From a phage, in sequence record NC_094493.1: DNA of 64,000 bases, one strand, 5' to 3'. A program made the position numbers and the translations under genes. Position 1 is the first letter of the stretch, and the number at the start of each line of letters is the position of its first letter. Below are positions 26,287 to 35,923 of this stretch, in pieces. The notes under the pieces were generated by a model, which was not told the DNA's origin, searched no databases, and saw nothing but the letters and a program-made list of their open reading frames with translations.

Positions 26287-27843
26287 GTGTCCAAAAAGAA
26301 CCGCAGGAAACACAACGCCACAGCCAAAACTGTGAATAAATCTGGGAACGCAGGCGCACCAACTCATAATGTTCGTATGAGTGAGATCGGTTCTGGCGCA
26401 CTTTCCCAAATTATGGCAGAATCGCAATCTATGATGGTTGAGGAATTGCGTTGGCCTCAGCTGATTGCCACAGTGGAGACTATGAAATGTGATTCCACAG
26501 TTGCTACTGCCTTAGATACAAAATATGTTTTCATCACGAAAGCATTCAATGATTTTAAGATCCTTTATAATGTTAAAAGTGAAGACTCTAAGAAAGCTGC
26601 CGAGCTTATAGAGTATTCTTTGCGTAATTTGGCAAACCAACAAACTCTTCGAGATATTGCAAGAAGCGCAGCTACCTTTAACGAGTATGGTTTTTCACTG
26701 TTTGAGAAAGTATACCGCAGAGAGAAAGAAGGTAAATATGCCGGGATGCTTCTTATCGATAAAATTGCATTCCGACCTCAGGCCAGCCTGTCCAGATCAG
26801 AGCCGTTTGTTTTTGATAAGAATAGCAGAACACTGACAGGTATTTATCAGTCACCTAATGCATTTCTAAACACTCAGAATGCACGCTGGGCTGGACCTCT
26901 TGCTGCAATGCCTTCAAAAGGCTTTAATGAGCCTGAAATTTTCATCCCTGCTAAAAAGCTTATGCTCATGACCCTGTCAGGAACAGAATCTAACCCTGCA
27001 GGTGTGTCACCTATGATAGGTTGCTACAGATCTTTCCGTGAGAAAGTTCTGATTGAAAACCTTGAGGTTGTTGGCTGTTCCAAAGACCTTGGTGGTGTGC
27101 TTGAGCTGAAAATTCCTTCCAATATTTTGAACAAGGCCAGCATTGACCCGAATTCAATGGAAGGGAGAATGGTTGCAGACCTTATGCTTGACGCAGCAAA
27201 CGCCCATAGTGGTGAGCAAAGTTTCTTTATACTTCCGTCTGATAGAGATAAGTCTGGTAAAGAGCTTTACTCCATGACCCTGAAGGGGGTTGACGGTATG
27301 GGCAAGCAGTATTCCACTAAAGATTTGATTGATGCCCGTAAGAAGGCGATTCTTGACCGTTTCGGTGCTGGCTTTATTAACCTCGGTAACGATAACGTCG
27401 GATCTTTCTCTCTGTCTGAGTCAAAACAGTCTATCCATGGTCATTTTGTTCAGCGTGATATAGATATTATCACTGAGGCCTTCAATAAAGATCTTATTCC
27501 ACAGCTTCTGGCATTGAATGGTATCATCCTTGAAGATGATGATATGCCTAAACTGAAACCTGGCCTGATTGAAGAGGTGGACATGGAGAGCTTCTCCAAG
27601 TTTGTCCAGAGGATCGGTGCTGTAGGTTACTTGCCAAAAACTCCTGCAGTAATTAATAAGATTCTTGAAGTAGGTGGGTTTGATGAAAGATTTGACGAGG
27701 ACATGGATCAGGAAGAGCTAATGAAGCTCTTGGGCCAGGACATCAGTAGGGCTGGCGATGGAATGGCTGCAGGATCCACTGGCAACGGCACTTCTAAGAT
27801 GTCATCAACCAGAGATAATTCCATATCCAACATGGAAAATTAA
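26287..27843 (+). CDS. Putative portal protein
   Basis: 518-aa ORF (GTG start, GAGGGG RBS) directly after the terminase and before scaffold/capsid genes; assignment by position and size. Confidence 0.5.
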   Translation: MSKKNRRKHNATAKTVNKSGNAGAPTHNVRMSEIGSGALSQIMAESQSMMVEELRWPQLIATVETMKCDSTVATALDTKYVFITKAFNDFKILYNVKSEDSKKAAELIEYSLRNLANQQTLRDIARSAATFNEYGFSLFEKVYRREKEGKYAGMLLIDKIAFRPQASLSRSEPFVFDKNSRTLTGIYQSPNAFLNTQNARWAGPLAAMPSKGFNEPEIFIPAKKLMLMTLSGTESNPAGVSPMIGCYRSFREKVLIENLEVVGCSKDLGGVLELKIPSNILNKASIDPNSMEGRMVADLMLDAANAHSGEQSFFILPSDRDKSGKELYSMTLKGVDGMGKQYSTKDLIDARKKAILDRFGAGFINLGNDNVGSFSLSESKQSIHGHFVQRDIDIITEAFNKDLIPQLLALNGIILEDDDMPKLKPGLIEEVDMESFSKFVQRIGAVGYLPKTPAVINKILEVGGFDERFDEDMDQEELMKLLGQDISRAGDGMAAGSTGNGTSKMSSTRDNSISNMEN

Positions 27844-27910
27844 AAATTATCAACACAGGGGGTTGCAAAACCTCCTTTGGCGTGATAAAATAATCCACAT
27901 GGGGAATAAG

Positions 27911-28330
27911 ATGCCACAGGAAGAAATGATTTCCTACGAAATCATCTACGAACCGGACACTAAAGACGCTCACGGTGAGTGGATGAGTAAAGACACCATC
28001 AAAAAGGCTAAAGATAATTGGGACGCAGCATACGCCGCAGGCCTAGTTTCTGAAAACCTTTTCCACTTGACCTCTACAGATGCTTTCACTATTGAAAAGA
28101 CGTGGATTCAAGAAGAGTTTGATGTTGTAGTAATTGGTACTGAGCAGGTCATCAAGGCTGGCTCTTGGGTTGCTAAAGTTAAATACAATAATCCTGAATT
28201 ATGGGAAGCTAAGAAGGCGGGCATTGTTGGTGGCCTAAGCATTCAGGCAACAGGTAATGTTGATGAAGAGACGGGCGAAATTACCAATGTAAATTTCGGG
28301 ATCAGTGTTGTAGAAGAGGGCAATGAATAA
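27911..28330 (+). CDS. Hypothetical head-module protein (139 aa)
   Basis: Start moved to internal ATG; between portal and scaffold. Confidence 0.3.
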   Translation: MPQEEMISYEIIYEPDTKDAHGEWMSKDTIKKAKDNWDAAYAAGLVSENLFHLTSTDAFTIEKTWIQEEFDVVVIGTEQVIKAGSWVAKVKYNNPELWEAKKAGIVGGLSIQATGNVDEETGEITNVNFGISVVEEGNE

Positions 28331-29310
28331 TGTCTGAAAAAACAATCACTATTAAAGAGAAGGGTATTGCCCTGTGCCATAAGGCGCAAGGCTATAGCGC
28401 TAACAATCGGCCTGTATCTCTTTTAATGAAGAGCGATCTTAAGCCTGAGCAGTTAACAGACGATATTGTTAAGGCACTTCGCCAAGTTACTGTGGAGCTC
28501 AGTTTTGAAGAATACCTGCGTCGTTTTTTCGATATGTGGTATGACGATGCTAAGGCACTGGCTCACCTGCTTGGGTTCGAGATTGAGGAAGAAGCTTGGG
28601 CAAAAGAACACCCAGATTGGGAGTGGGCACAGGCTGATGCAGAGGCTTGTGTGCAGTGGTTAGAAGAACGTTGTGATAACGTAACCATTCACAAAGCTGC
28701 TAAAGAAGGTAAAGATTTAAGTATTGTTGACCAATACACTCTGTTGAAAACCCAACAAGTTTTTGAGCAGATGACCGCTGATCTCTTCGATGAAGAAGGG
28801 AAACTTATTAAAGCGGCGCAGGAAACCACAGAAGAAGTTGTTACAGACGCTGTGGACAATGTTGATAAATCCGCAAATACCGAGGAGAATCCGGTGGAAG
28901 ACGTAACCAAGTCTCAAGAGTACCTGGACCTGCTGAAACAGTTCGAAGAACTGAAAGCTACCAATGAAAAGGCTGAAGAAATCATCAAGGCTCAGGTAGA
29001 AGTTGAAAAAGCTAAAATGCTGGAAAAAGCTCAGGCGTTAAGCTTCACCACTGAAGAAGACCACGCATCTCTGGTCGAATTCATGCTGGATAAAGCTAAC
29101 GCTCCTGTTGTTGAATTGCTGGAAAAAGCTCAAGCTCGTATTGCTGAACTGGAAGCTAAAGTTGAAAAAGCTAAAGAAGAGTTCGCAACCACCGAGCAAG
29201 GCAAAGATGGTGATGTCGTAGTAGATGACATTGCTAAATCTGCTGAAGATATTATTGCTGAAAACGTCGCTAAAGCTCTGGCTCGTGCACGTAAAGAATC
29301 TAATAAATAA
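28330..29310 (+). CDS. Putative scaffolding protein
   Basis: Acidic, Ala/Glu/Lys-rich coiled-coil-like C-terminal half; upstream of capsid genes. Confidence 0.5.
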   Translation: MSEKTITIKEKGIALCHKAQGYSANNRPVSLLMKSDLKPEQLTDDIVKALRQVTVELSFEEYLRRFFDMWYDDAKALAHLLGFEIEEEAWAKEHPDWEWAQADAEACVQWLEERCDNVTIHKAAKEGKDLSIVDQYTLLKTQQVFEQMTADLFDEEGKLIKAAQETTEEVVTDAVDNVDKSANTEENPVEDVTKSQEYLDLLKQFEELKATNEKAEEIIKAQVEVEKAKMLEKAQALSFTTEEDHASLVEFMLDKANAPVVELLEKAQARIAELEAKVEKAKEEFATTEQGKDGDVVVDDIAKSAEDIIAENVAKALARARKESNK

Positions 29311-29331
29311 TCTGCTTAATAGGGGAAAATA

Positions 29332-29706
29332 ATGATCACCACTCAATATTCTGATATCGTGCTCGGCAAAGTAGATGCAAGCGATGCAGGTTTCAACTTT
29401 AAAGAGATTGAAATTACCCTTACTGCTGATCACGTTGCTGGCGCAGTAGTTACCAAAACTGGCACTCTGGCTAACAAAGATGGCACAGACACATTTGGTG
29501 TTCTGGTTGACCGTGCACTTCTGCCGGACTCTGCTGGCAAAGTTAATCTGGCAGAGCCTCTGACTGTGGGTCAGAAATACAAATTAGTCGTTGCTGTTCG
29601 TGGCGTTACTTTCGCTAAAAAACACCTGAAAGTAGCCAGCGGCGAAGCTGCACCTGCTGCAGTTCTGGAAGCTCTCGAAGCCAAAGGCAACAAAGTTCAG
29701 GAATAA
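29332..29706 (+). CDS. Putative head decoration protein (lambda D-like by position and size)
   Basis: 124 aa, immediately upstream of the major capsid gene. Confidence 0.4.
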   Translation: MITTQYSDIVLGKVDASDAGFNFKEIEITLTADHVAGAVVTKTGTLANKDGTDTFGVLVDRALLPDSAGKVNLAEPLTVGQKYKLVVAVRGVTFAKKHLKVASGEAAPAAVLEALEAKGNKVQE

Positions 29707-29752
29707 TCCTAGATCTTTGGGAAACAAATTTTAAAGTTATTTGGAGAAAATA

Positions 29753-30757
29753 ATGCGTAAAGATGATTTTGGTATTGTTGATTTAGGTGCTACTCTTGAA
29801 CTGGTTCCGCGCCAATATCGCCTGATCACTGGTATGGATCTGTTTGAAACCCATCTCGGCACCTCAACAATCGCACAGATCGAACGTGTTGATGAAGTGG
29901 TTGGTGATATCGCCGCTCGCCGCCGTGGTGGTGAACGTAACTACGTTGATAGCGAACGTGCACAGATCAAAAACCTGAACATCCCGTTCTTCCCGCTGGA
30001 TAAGGGCATTACTGCTGCGGACGTTCAGAACTTTCGTCGCTACTTCACCCCAGATGCACCGAAAACTGTGCAAGACGTGGTTACTCGTGTAGTTCGTCGT
30101 ATTCGTCTGAGCCACGAAACCCTGCGTGAAAAAGCTCTTTTTTCTGCAATTCTGGGTAAATCCTATGCACCTGGTGACAAAACTTGCCAGTATGACTATT
30201 ACACGCTGTGGGGCGTTTCTCAGAAATCTATCGAAATCGATCCTAAAAATGCAGCACAGGACCCGATGGAAGTAATCGAAGATGCACGTCTGCACATTGC
30301 TCTGCAGGCTGGTGACAACGCTGGTGCTTATAACATCATCGCGCTGTGCTCTCCGAAATTCTTCTCTGCACTGGTTCATCACCCACTGGTAGAGCTGGCC
30401 TACACCTACTACAGCTCTTCTCAGGAACCGCTGCGTCGTCGTCTGGGTGCAGGTGGCGAACAAAGCATTTACCGTGTGTTTGAACACAAGGGTATGACCT
30501 TTATCGAAGATATTTCTGGCAACATTCCGGACGGTGAGGCTCGCCTGATGCCTATGGGTATCGATCAGATGTTCCAGCTGCACTTTGCCCCGGCTGACAC
30601 TGTGGAAGATGCAAATACCCCAGCTCAAGAGCTGTATATGTGGTATAAACACTCTGCCTACCTGAGAGAACAGAAAATCGAATCTGAAACCTCTATGCTG
30701 GCAGTTAACACCCGTCCAGAGCTGGTTGTTAAAGCAACTCTGAAAGGTGGTGACTAA
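29753..30757 (+). CDS. Major capsid protein (lambda E-like)
   Basis: About 334 aa; size and gene order as lambda D/E; followed by a strong terminator. Confidence 0.55.
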   Translation: MRKDDFGIVDLGATLELVPRQYRLITGMDLFETHLGTSTIAQIERVDEVVGDIAARRRGGERNYVDSERAQIKNLNIPFFPLDKGITAADVQNFRRYFTPDAPKTVQDVVTRVVRRIRLSHETLREKALFSAILGKSYAPGDKTCQYDYYTLWGVSQKSIEIDPKNAAQDPMEVIEDARLHIALQAGDNAGAYNIIALCSPKFFSALVHHPLVELAYTYYSSSQEPLRRRLGAGGEQSIYRVFEHKGMTFIEDISGNIPDGEARLMPMGIDQMFQLHFAPADTVEDANTPAQELYMWYKHSAYLREQKIESETSMLAVNTRPELVVKATLKGGD

Positions 30758-30781
30758 TCACTAAGGTGATTCATCCCATAT

Positions 30782-30814
30782 GGGGAGGGGGTTCTCCCCC
30801 TCCCCTTTTTATTT
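30782..30814 (+). terminator. Rho-independent terminator after the capsid gene
   Basis: GGGGAGGGGG-TTCT-CCCCCTCCCC followed by TTTTTATTT. Confidence 0.7.
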
Positions 30815-30838
30815 ATTAGGGTTTAACAGGAGTGTCCC

Positions 30839-31693
30839 GTGAATAGAGTTGTATATCCAGTCGAGTATGATCCTCTATTAAGAGTTTTCAACAATCAGTT
30901 AAGTTTTTATCAATTTTTAGCACAATACAATCCAGAAATCAATGTTGGTTTATCAGCCCTGCTGCCACCAACAGAGTTCGTTATTGGAAGTGTTCACTAT
31001 CCATGCAGAACGATTGTAGACTTCTTCGAGAAGATTGCAAAACACACAGGCCTGCCAATTGATACTGGTATCTCAACTATCCGTATGGGTGTTATTCTTC
31101 TGTTCTTCACAGAGAACCTTGATGAAAGCACTTTAACACTGCAAAGCGGTGATGTCAATATCACACTCACCCCGTCAGTGTTTAAAGAGGTAGATGCCGC
31201 TTTCAAAGTTTCAGTGGCAGAGGGCCATCTGTGGGACCCTGAAGGGATGCCCAAAAAAGTGACCATAAACGATGAGCAATGCGATGTTGCTTATGCAGAA
31301 GATACCCAGACTTTCACCATTGAGTGGCCTAAGAAACGTTCTCAGGTTGTAAATCTTGGGCTGACTTCTACAGTAGCCCCAGAACCTGAACCAGAGCCGG
31401 AGCCACCTGTAGGCCCTACTGAACCTGGTGGTGGCAGTGAGGAATCACCAGGCCCGACCGCACAGGAGGGTACGGAAGGTACTGAACAGGATCCTGAGCA
31501 GGCACAAGAATCAAGATCTTCTCACGGCGATGTTGATGCCATACTGCACCAAGCCGCAGCTCTTAACAACGAAGATGACAAAAGTGGTTCGAAAGATGCA
31601 CTCCAAACCTTCGCCAAAGAGCACGGTGTTACCTTAAGTAAGGCAAAAACTTTCCAAAATATGATGAAAGATTTTGAGGCTGCACTGGCATAA
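30839..31693 (+). CDS. Hypothetical structural protein with PEPEPEPEP linker
   Basis: GTG start with AGGAG RBS; central Pro/Glu repeat. Confidence 0.35.
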   Translation: MNRVVYPVEYDPLLRVFNNQLSFYQFLAQYNPEINVGLSALLPPTEFVIGSVHYPCRTIVDFFEKIAKHTGLPIDTGISTIRMGVILLFFTENLDESTLTLQSGDVNITLTPSVFKEVDAAFKVSVAEGHLWDPEGMPKKVTINDEQCDVAYAEDTQTFTIEWPKKRSQVVNLGLTSTVAPEPEPEPEPPVGPTEPGGGSEESPGPTAQEGTEGTEQDPEQAQESRSSHGDVDAILHQAAALNNEDDKSGSKDALQTFAKEHGVTLSKAKTFQNMMKDFEAALA

Positions 31694-31752
31694 TTTTGTT
31701 AAGGCCCCTTCCAAATCAGGAATGGGGCTTTATTTTTACGAGGTATTTTCAA

Positions 31753-32373
31753 ATGGCATGGTATGAAGATGAAGAGATTATCCCGTCCCCGCCTAACCAT
31801 GATGGTGTAGTCGATACCCCAGAAGAACCACCAAAAGAAGATCCTGTACTTCCGGAACCTGATCCAGACCAACCTCTTATCAATATTATGAGGTTGTTGC
31901 TCGGCAATGTTGATGAGGAAACTCTCCCTGATGAGGTAATTAAAACATTCCTTGACATGGAGAAGTTGAAACTAAATTATCCGGCAGATCCTGATAAGCT
32001 ACCTCTGCTCAAGTACAATGTGCTTGTGCAACTTGTGCGGTGGCTAATGATGCAGGAAGTGTCCAGCGGTAATGCAAGTATAACTTCCCGTCTGGAAAAA
32101 ATAGGTGATGAGACCATAGAGATTCGTGGTGGATCTTCCTACGCTCAATGGAAAGATTTCCTTGATTGGCTGCTGGCACACCCAGACTATGTAGATTCTG
32201 AGCTAGATGCTTACAGCAGAATGATTATCATTGGTGGTGTTCGTGTAGATGAAGGAATTCGGGTTAAATTTAATGAAAACAGCAACGGGCCGTTCGATGT
32301 CCAGGGTATTACACCTATCAGTGGTCTAAATAACCAACCTCCTCGCCACCCAAGACGCAAACGCAGTTTTTAA
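31753..32373 (+). CDS. Hypothetical head-tail joining region protein
   Basis: Start moved to ATG after GAGG RBS. Confidence 0.3.
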   Translation: MAWYEDEEIIPSPPNHDGVVDTPEEPPKEDPVLPEPDPDQPLINIMRLLLGNVDEETLPDEVIKTFLDMEKLKLNYPADPDKLPLLKYNVLVQLVRWLMMQEVSSGNASITSRLEKIGDETIEIRGGSSYAQWKDFLDWLLAHPDYVDSELDAYSRMIIIGGVRVDEGIRVKFNENSNGPFDVQGITPISGLNNQPPRHPRRKRSF

Positions 32374-32379
32374 AAATTG

Positions 32380-32408
32380 TTGCTTTTGATGTATCTTTGT
32401 GGTAAAAT
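32380..32408 (+). promoter_or_regulatory. Sigma70-type promoter (TTGCTT, 17 bp, TAAAAT with upstream TG)
   Basis: Read directly from sequence. Confidence 0.4.
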
Positions 32409-32426
32409 ACATTAGTGAGGGATATA

Positions 32427-32885
32427 ATGCTAAAGGTTAAATGTCAAACAAAGTTCAACCTAAAGCGTTTAGATCGCTTCTACAAAGAACTTGTGAGACT
32501 TGAAAGTAAAACAATAACCTACGGCTTTTATGACGAACCTCACCCGTCAGGCTTAAATATGGCAACATTGGCAGCCATTCACAACTTCGGTTGGAACGGG
32601 CTGCCTGTTCGCAATTTCATGGAGACAGCCTTTGCATTTCACAGTACTCAACTACAGACCTTGACAGAAAAATTGTTGAGAGCTATGGCTAGAGGGTCAA
32701 GTGCAGAGGCTATTCTTAAGCAGATGGGGGACACAGGGGCCAAAGCTATCCAGTTTGTTATTGAGGCTGGGCAGTTTAGTAATCCTACTGTTAGCGAGCA
32801 GTGGGCACAAGAGAAAGGCTTCAACGAGGCTATGCGGCATTACGATGTGCTGCTTGAATCTGCAACCTTTAAGATCGGACAGTAA
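32427..32885 (+). CDS. Hypothetical protein (152 aa)
   Basis: Start moved to ATG after GAGGG RBS. Confidence 0.3.
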   Translation: MLKVKCQTKFNLKRLDRFYKELVRLESKTITYGFYDEPHPSGLNMATLAAIHNFGWNGLPVRNFMETAFAFHSTQLQTLTEKLLRAMARGSSAEAILKQMGDTGAKAIQFVIEAGQFSNPTVSEQWAQEKGFNEAMRHYDVLLESATFKIGQ

Positions 32886-32900
32886 AAATAAGGGGGTTGA

Positions 32901-33326
32901 GTGGCAGCAGGTTATAAGCTGATAGGAAAGAACAGACTAATACCTCGTAAAACATTCAAAGGTCGCCACAGAGTGTATAACAAAACAGTTGGTGGCCCTT
33001 TTGCCAACGAGGGGTTAGAACTTGAGTATGAAGAGTTTGATGTCTTAGAGTGTGTTGTGCAGCCGTTGACAGGAAGGGCGGCTAAAGATTACTCCTCTCA
33101 AATAAACCCTGAAGGTGACAGACAGTACGAGGCTTTTACAGTTTACTCCTCAACCAAGTTGTATAGTCCGGATGAAGGAACATATGCAATGGCTGATCAA
33201 ATTCAACTTCCTGACATCCGTGGTGACTTGAAATGGTTTACCGTTTTAAAATGCGATGCATATGTTACCTCTGGTGGTGGGAGATATAGATTTTTTGTGG
33301 TAGAAGAGCCTGAAGGAGAAAACTAA
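32901..33326 (+). CDS. Hypothetical protein (141 aa)
   Basis: GTG start with AAGGGGG RBS. Confidence 0.3.
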   Translation: MAAGYKLIGKNRLIPRKTFKGRHRVYNKTVGGPFANEGLELEYEEFDVLECVVQPLTGRAAKDYSSQINPEGDRQYEAFTVYSSTKLYSPDEGTYAMADQIQLPDIRGDLKWFTVLKCDAYVTSGGGRYRFFVVEEPEGEN

Positions 33327-33877
33327 TGGAAGCTTTCGAAAAAGTTTTTTCTGATCTTGAAACAACCATTGCTAAGCTCGTCAAGGTTGCCACAGGAAGA
33401 ACTGTAGTTCTGGCAGAAAGCTCTACCATACCGAAGCCGGAAGGTGAGTTTGTACTTTTACAAACCTTGGCGATCAATCCCACCACTTGGGAAGATAATG
33501 AGTTTCAAGATGCGGAGGGTAATGCTTACGTCACCCACAGCTACACTGTTACTTATATGTTAACAGCTTATCGTGGCAGGGCATATGCTGCACTTAGCAG
33601 AGTATTGCAAGCAATAAACCTTCCAATGTTTTATGACAAGTATTTCCCTCTGGGATCGTGCTTTGCCTACTCTAACAATTCAACAATCTCATCCCAAAGA
33701 GTGCCGTTGAATAAGCAGACGTATGAAAATAGAGCCACTGTGATGCTGACATTTAACGTAAGGTTTGTTGAAACAGACATTGGGGCTTTTGAGGATCTTC
33801 AGGGAATTAAGGCTGAAATAACCACACACTTCCCTTCACCCAATTCTGGTAAAGCGGTTACAGACAGTGGTCAGTAA
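33326..33877 (+). CDS. Hypothetical protein (183 aa)
   Basis: ORF coupled to the previous gene. Confidence 0.3.
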   Translation: MEAFEKVFSDLETTIAKLVKVATGRTVVLAESSTIPKPEGEFVLLQTLAINPTTWEDNEFQDAEGNAYVTHSYTVTYMLTAYRGRAYAALSRVLQAINLPMFYDKYFPLGSCFAYSNNSTISSQRVPLNKQTYENRATVMLTFNVRFVETDIGAFEDLQGIKAEITTHFPSPNSGKAVTDSGQ

Positions 33878-33949
33878 TCGTTATAATTGTGTAGTGTAAT
33901 GATTACACTGCGTGTTTGATATCCGTGCACAGATATTAAGAGGAAACAA

Positions 33950-35326
33950 ATGCCATATTTAGATAAAGTGGTAGATGTTACAGTTAACCTCGGAACCCAG
34001 CCTATTGACACTGTAGGTTTCGAAACTCCCCTGTTCATCGCTATCCACAATAACTTTACTGAGCGAGCTCGCGTATATGCGGAGCTGGATCAGATGGTGG
34101 AAGATGGTTTCGCACAAGGCTCTGCAGCGTATGAGTTTGCAGCAAAAGCTTTTGGTGGTGTATTCCCTCCACAATACGTTATGATCGGCAGACAGGCCAA
34201 AGAAAAGACCACTGTAGATTTTAAAGGTATTGCTGCCGCAGCTGATACCGATGTTGTAATGACTATTGCAAAAGGTGACTACAATACTGCCTTGATAGTC
34301 CCTATCTCTGGTGGAACAGGGGCAACTCAGATCGCAGAGGCAATGAAGGAAAAAATTGAGGCTGATGATAGCTTAGACGGTATCACCGTGCAGGCCGAAG
34401 AAGGTGTTATCACCATCACTGGTGATTGTACTGTTGGTTATCATACTGGTAACTATACGATCAAAAACATTGCTAATAGTGAAAAACCTTCTACCGTGAT
34501 CGACAAGATCAACGCTGAGCAGGATAATTGGTACTTCCTGTGTCATGAAGACCACACGGACATTGAAGCGTGTGCTAAGTGGGCTCAGGCTAACTACAAA
34601 CTGCATGTCTACTCTACTGCAGAAGATGTGACTGGTAAAGACAGCAATATTGCCACTAAACTGAAAGCTGCAAAATATGACAGTGTTGGTATGTACGACC
34701 CTCGCGCAGACAAAGACTTCCCAGAGGGCGGTATTATCGGTGCTATGGCATCCAACGATCCGTCATACGGCGACAGCTTACACTTAAAACAGATGCCTGG
34801 TGTTCTTGCACCATCCCTGACCTTGACCCAGCGCATGGCGATTTGGGAGAACAACATTAACTTCTACAGAACAATCAACGGTGTTGGTGCTTTCTGGGAA
34901 GGTAAGTGTGCTTCAGGTCAGTATGCAGACGCTATTCGTTTTGCACACTGGATCAAGTTCAGATCTGAAGAGTCCATGTTTGGGTACATGCATCGTCGCT
35001 CCAATATGGGTTTAAGCATGAAGATGTCTGATGATGATCTTCCGGTTATCAAGTCTGTCCTGATGAACAACCCAATCAACACTGGCATTAAGAATGGTGC
35101 GATCCTGACAGGTTTCGACGAAGACAATAATGTGTTCTACGACCCGATCATCACAGTTCCTAAACGTGCAGAAATCCCAACCAATCAGTTGGCTGCTCGT
35201 GTTCTGGAAGGTGTGAAAGTAGAACTGGTGTATAATAACGCCCTGCACTTCGTTCGTATCCGGATCAACGTCCTTCTGGACAAAGTTGGTTCTAAATCCA
35301 CCAATGCTGTTGCAATGACTGAATAA
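33950..35326 (+). CDS. Putative tail sheath (or major tail) protein
   Basis: 458-aa ORF followed by a 157-aa tube-sized gene and a terminator; by position and size. Confidence 0.4.
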   Translation: MPYLDKVVDVTVNLGTQPIDTVGFETPLFIAIHNNFTERARVYAELDQMVEDGFAQGSAAYEFAAKAFGGVFPPQYVMIGRQAKEKTTVDFKGIAAAADTDVVMTIAKGDYNTALIVPISGGTGATQIAEAMKEKIEADDSLDGITVQAEEGVITITGDCTVGYHTGNYTIKNIANSEKPSTVIDKINAEQDNWYFLCHEDHTDIEACAKWAQANYKLHVYSTAEDVTGKDSNIATKLKAAKYDSVGMYDPRADKDFPEGGIIGAMASNDPSYGDSLHLKQMPGVLAPSLTLTQRMAIWENNINFYRTINGVGAFWEGKCASGQYADAIRFAHWIKFRSEESMFGYMHRRSNMGLSMKMSDDDLPVIKSVLMNNPINTGIKNGAILTGFDEDNNVFYDPIITVPKRAEIPTNQLAARVLEGVKVELVYNNALHFVRIRINVLLDKVGSKSTNAVAMTE

Positions 35327-35336
35327 GGAAGCCTAG

Positions 35337-35810
35337 ATGGAAACTCAAATTTTAACTCCTTATGCGTATGACCCTAAAAAGGTCAAACTGTATCTGATGC
35401 AGCAGCGTGTCACTGGCTTCGCTGCTGACACCAAGATTGTTGTTTCAAGAAACGAAGACAACATTTATCCTCACGTCGGTGTGGATGGTGAAATGTCTGC
35501 AGCTCTGTCCCGTAACCAATCTGGTGTTATGACTGTGTCTTTGCAGAACACTTCTGTATGGAACGCTTACCTTTCTGACTGGCAGAAACAGGCATCTATT
35601 ACTGGCCTGGTATTCTTCCCGGTTCTGCTGGAAGGTAGCCAGGGCCCTGGTATTTCCACAATCGGTTGGATCCAGAAACAGCCTGACCTGACTTACGGAA
35701 CCGAAGTAGGTCAACTGGACTGGGATATCGGTATTTTGGATGCATGGCTCAACCGTGATAACATTACTGGTGCTCTCACTGGCCTCGCAGGTCTTGCAGG
35801 TATTATCTAA
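35337..35810 (+). CDS. Putative tail tube protein
   Basis: 157 aa, immediately downstream of the sheath candidate. Confidence 0.35.
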   Translation: METQILTPYAYDPKKVKLYLMQQRVTGFAADTKIVVSRNEDNIYPHVGVDGEMSAALSRNQSGVMTVSLQNTSVWNAYLSDWQKQASITGLVFFPVLLEGSQGPGISTIGWIQKQPDLTYGTEVGQLDWDIGILDAWLNRDNITGALTGLAGLAGII

Positions 35811-35827
35811 GGGCACGCTTTAGCATA

Positions 35828-35854
35828 AGCCTCACCTTCGGGTGGGGCTTTTTG
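35828..35854 (+). terminator. Rho-independent terminator
   Basis: AGCCTCACC-TTCG-GGTGGGGCT followed by TTTTTG. Confidence 0.6.
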
Positions 35855-35865
35855 CTTTTATGGTT

Positions 35866-35894
35866 TTGACATGTGTGTTTGTTTTTGGTATCAT
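35866..35894 (+). promoter_or_regulatory. Sigma70-type promoter (TTGACA, 17 bp, TATCAT)
   Basis: Read directly from sequence, ahead of the zinc-ribbon nuclease gene. Confidence 0.45.
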
Positions 35895-35923
35895 AGGTTG
35901 TAGGAAAAGTAAAGGAGATAATC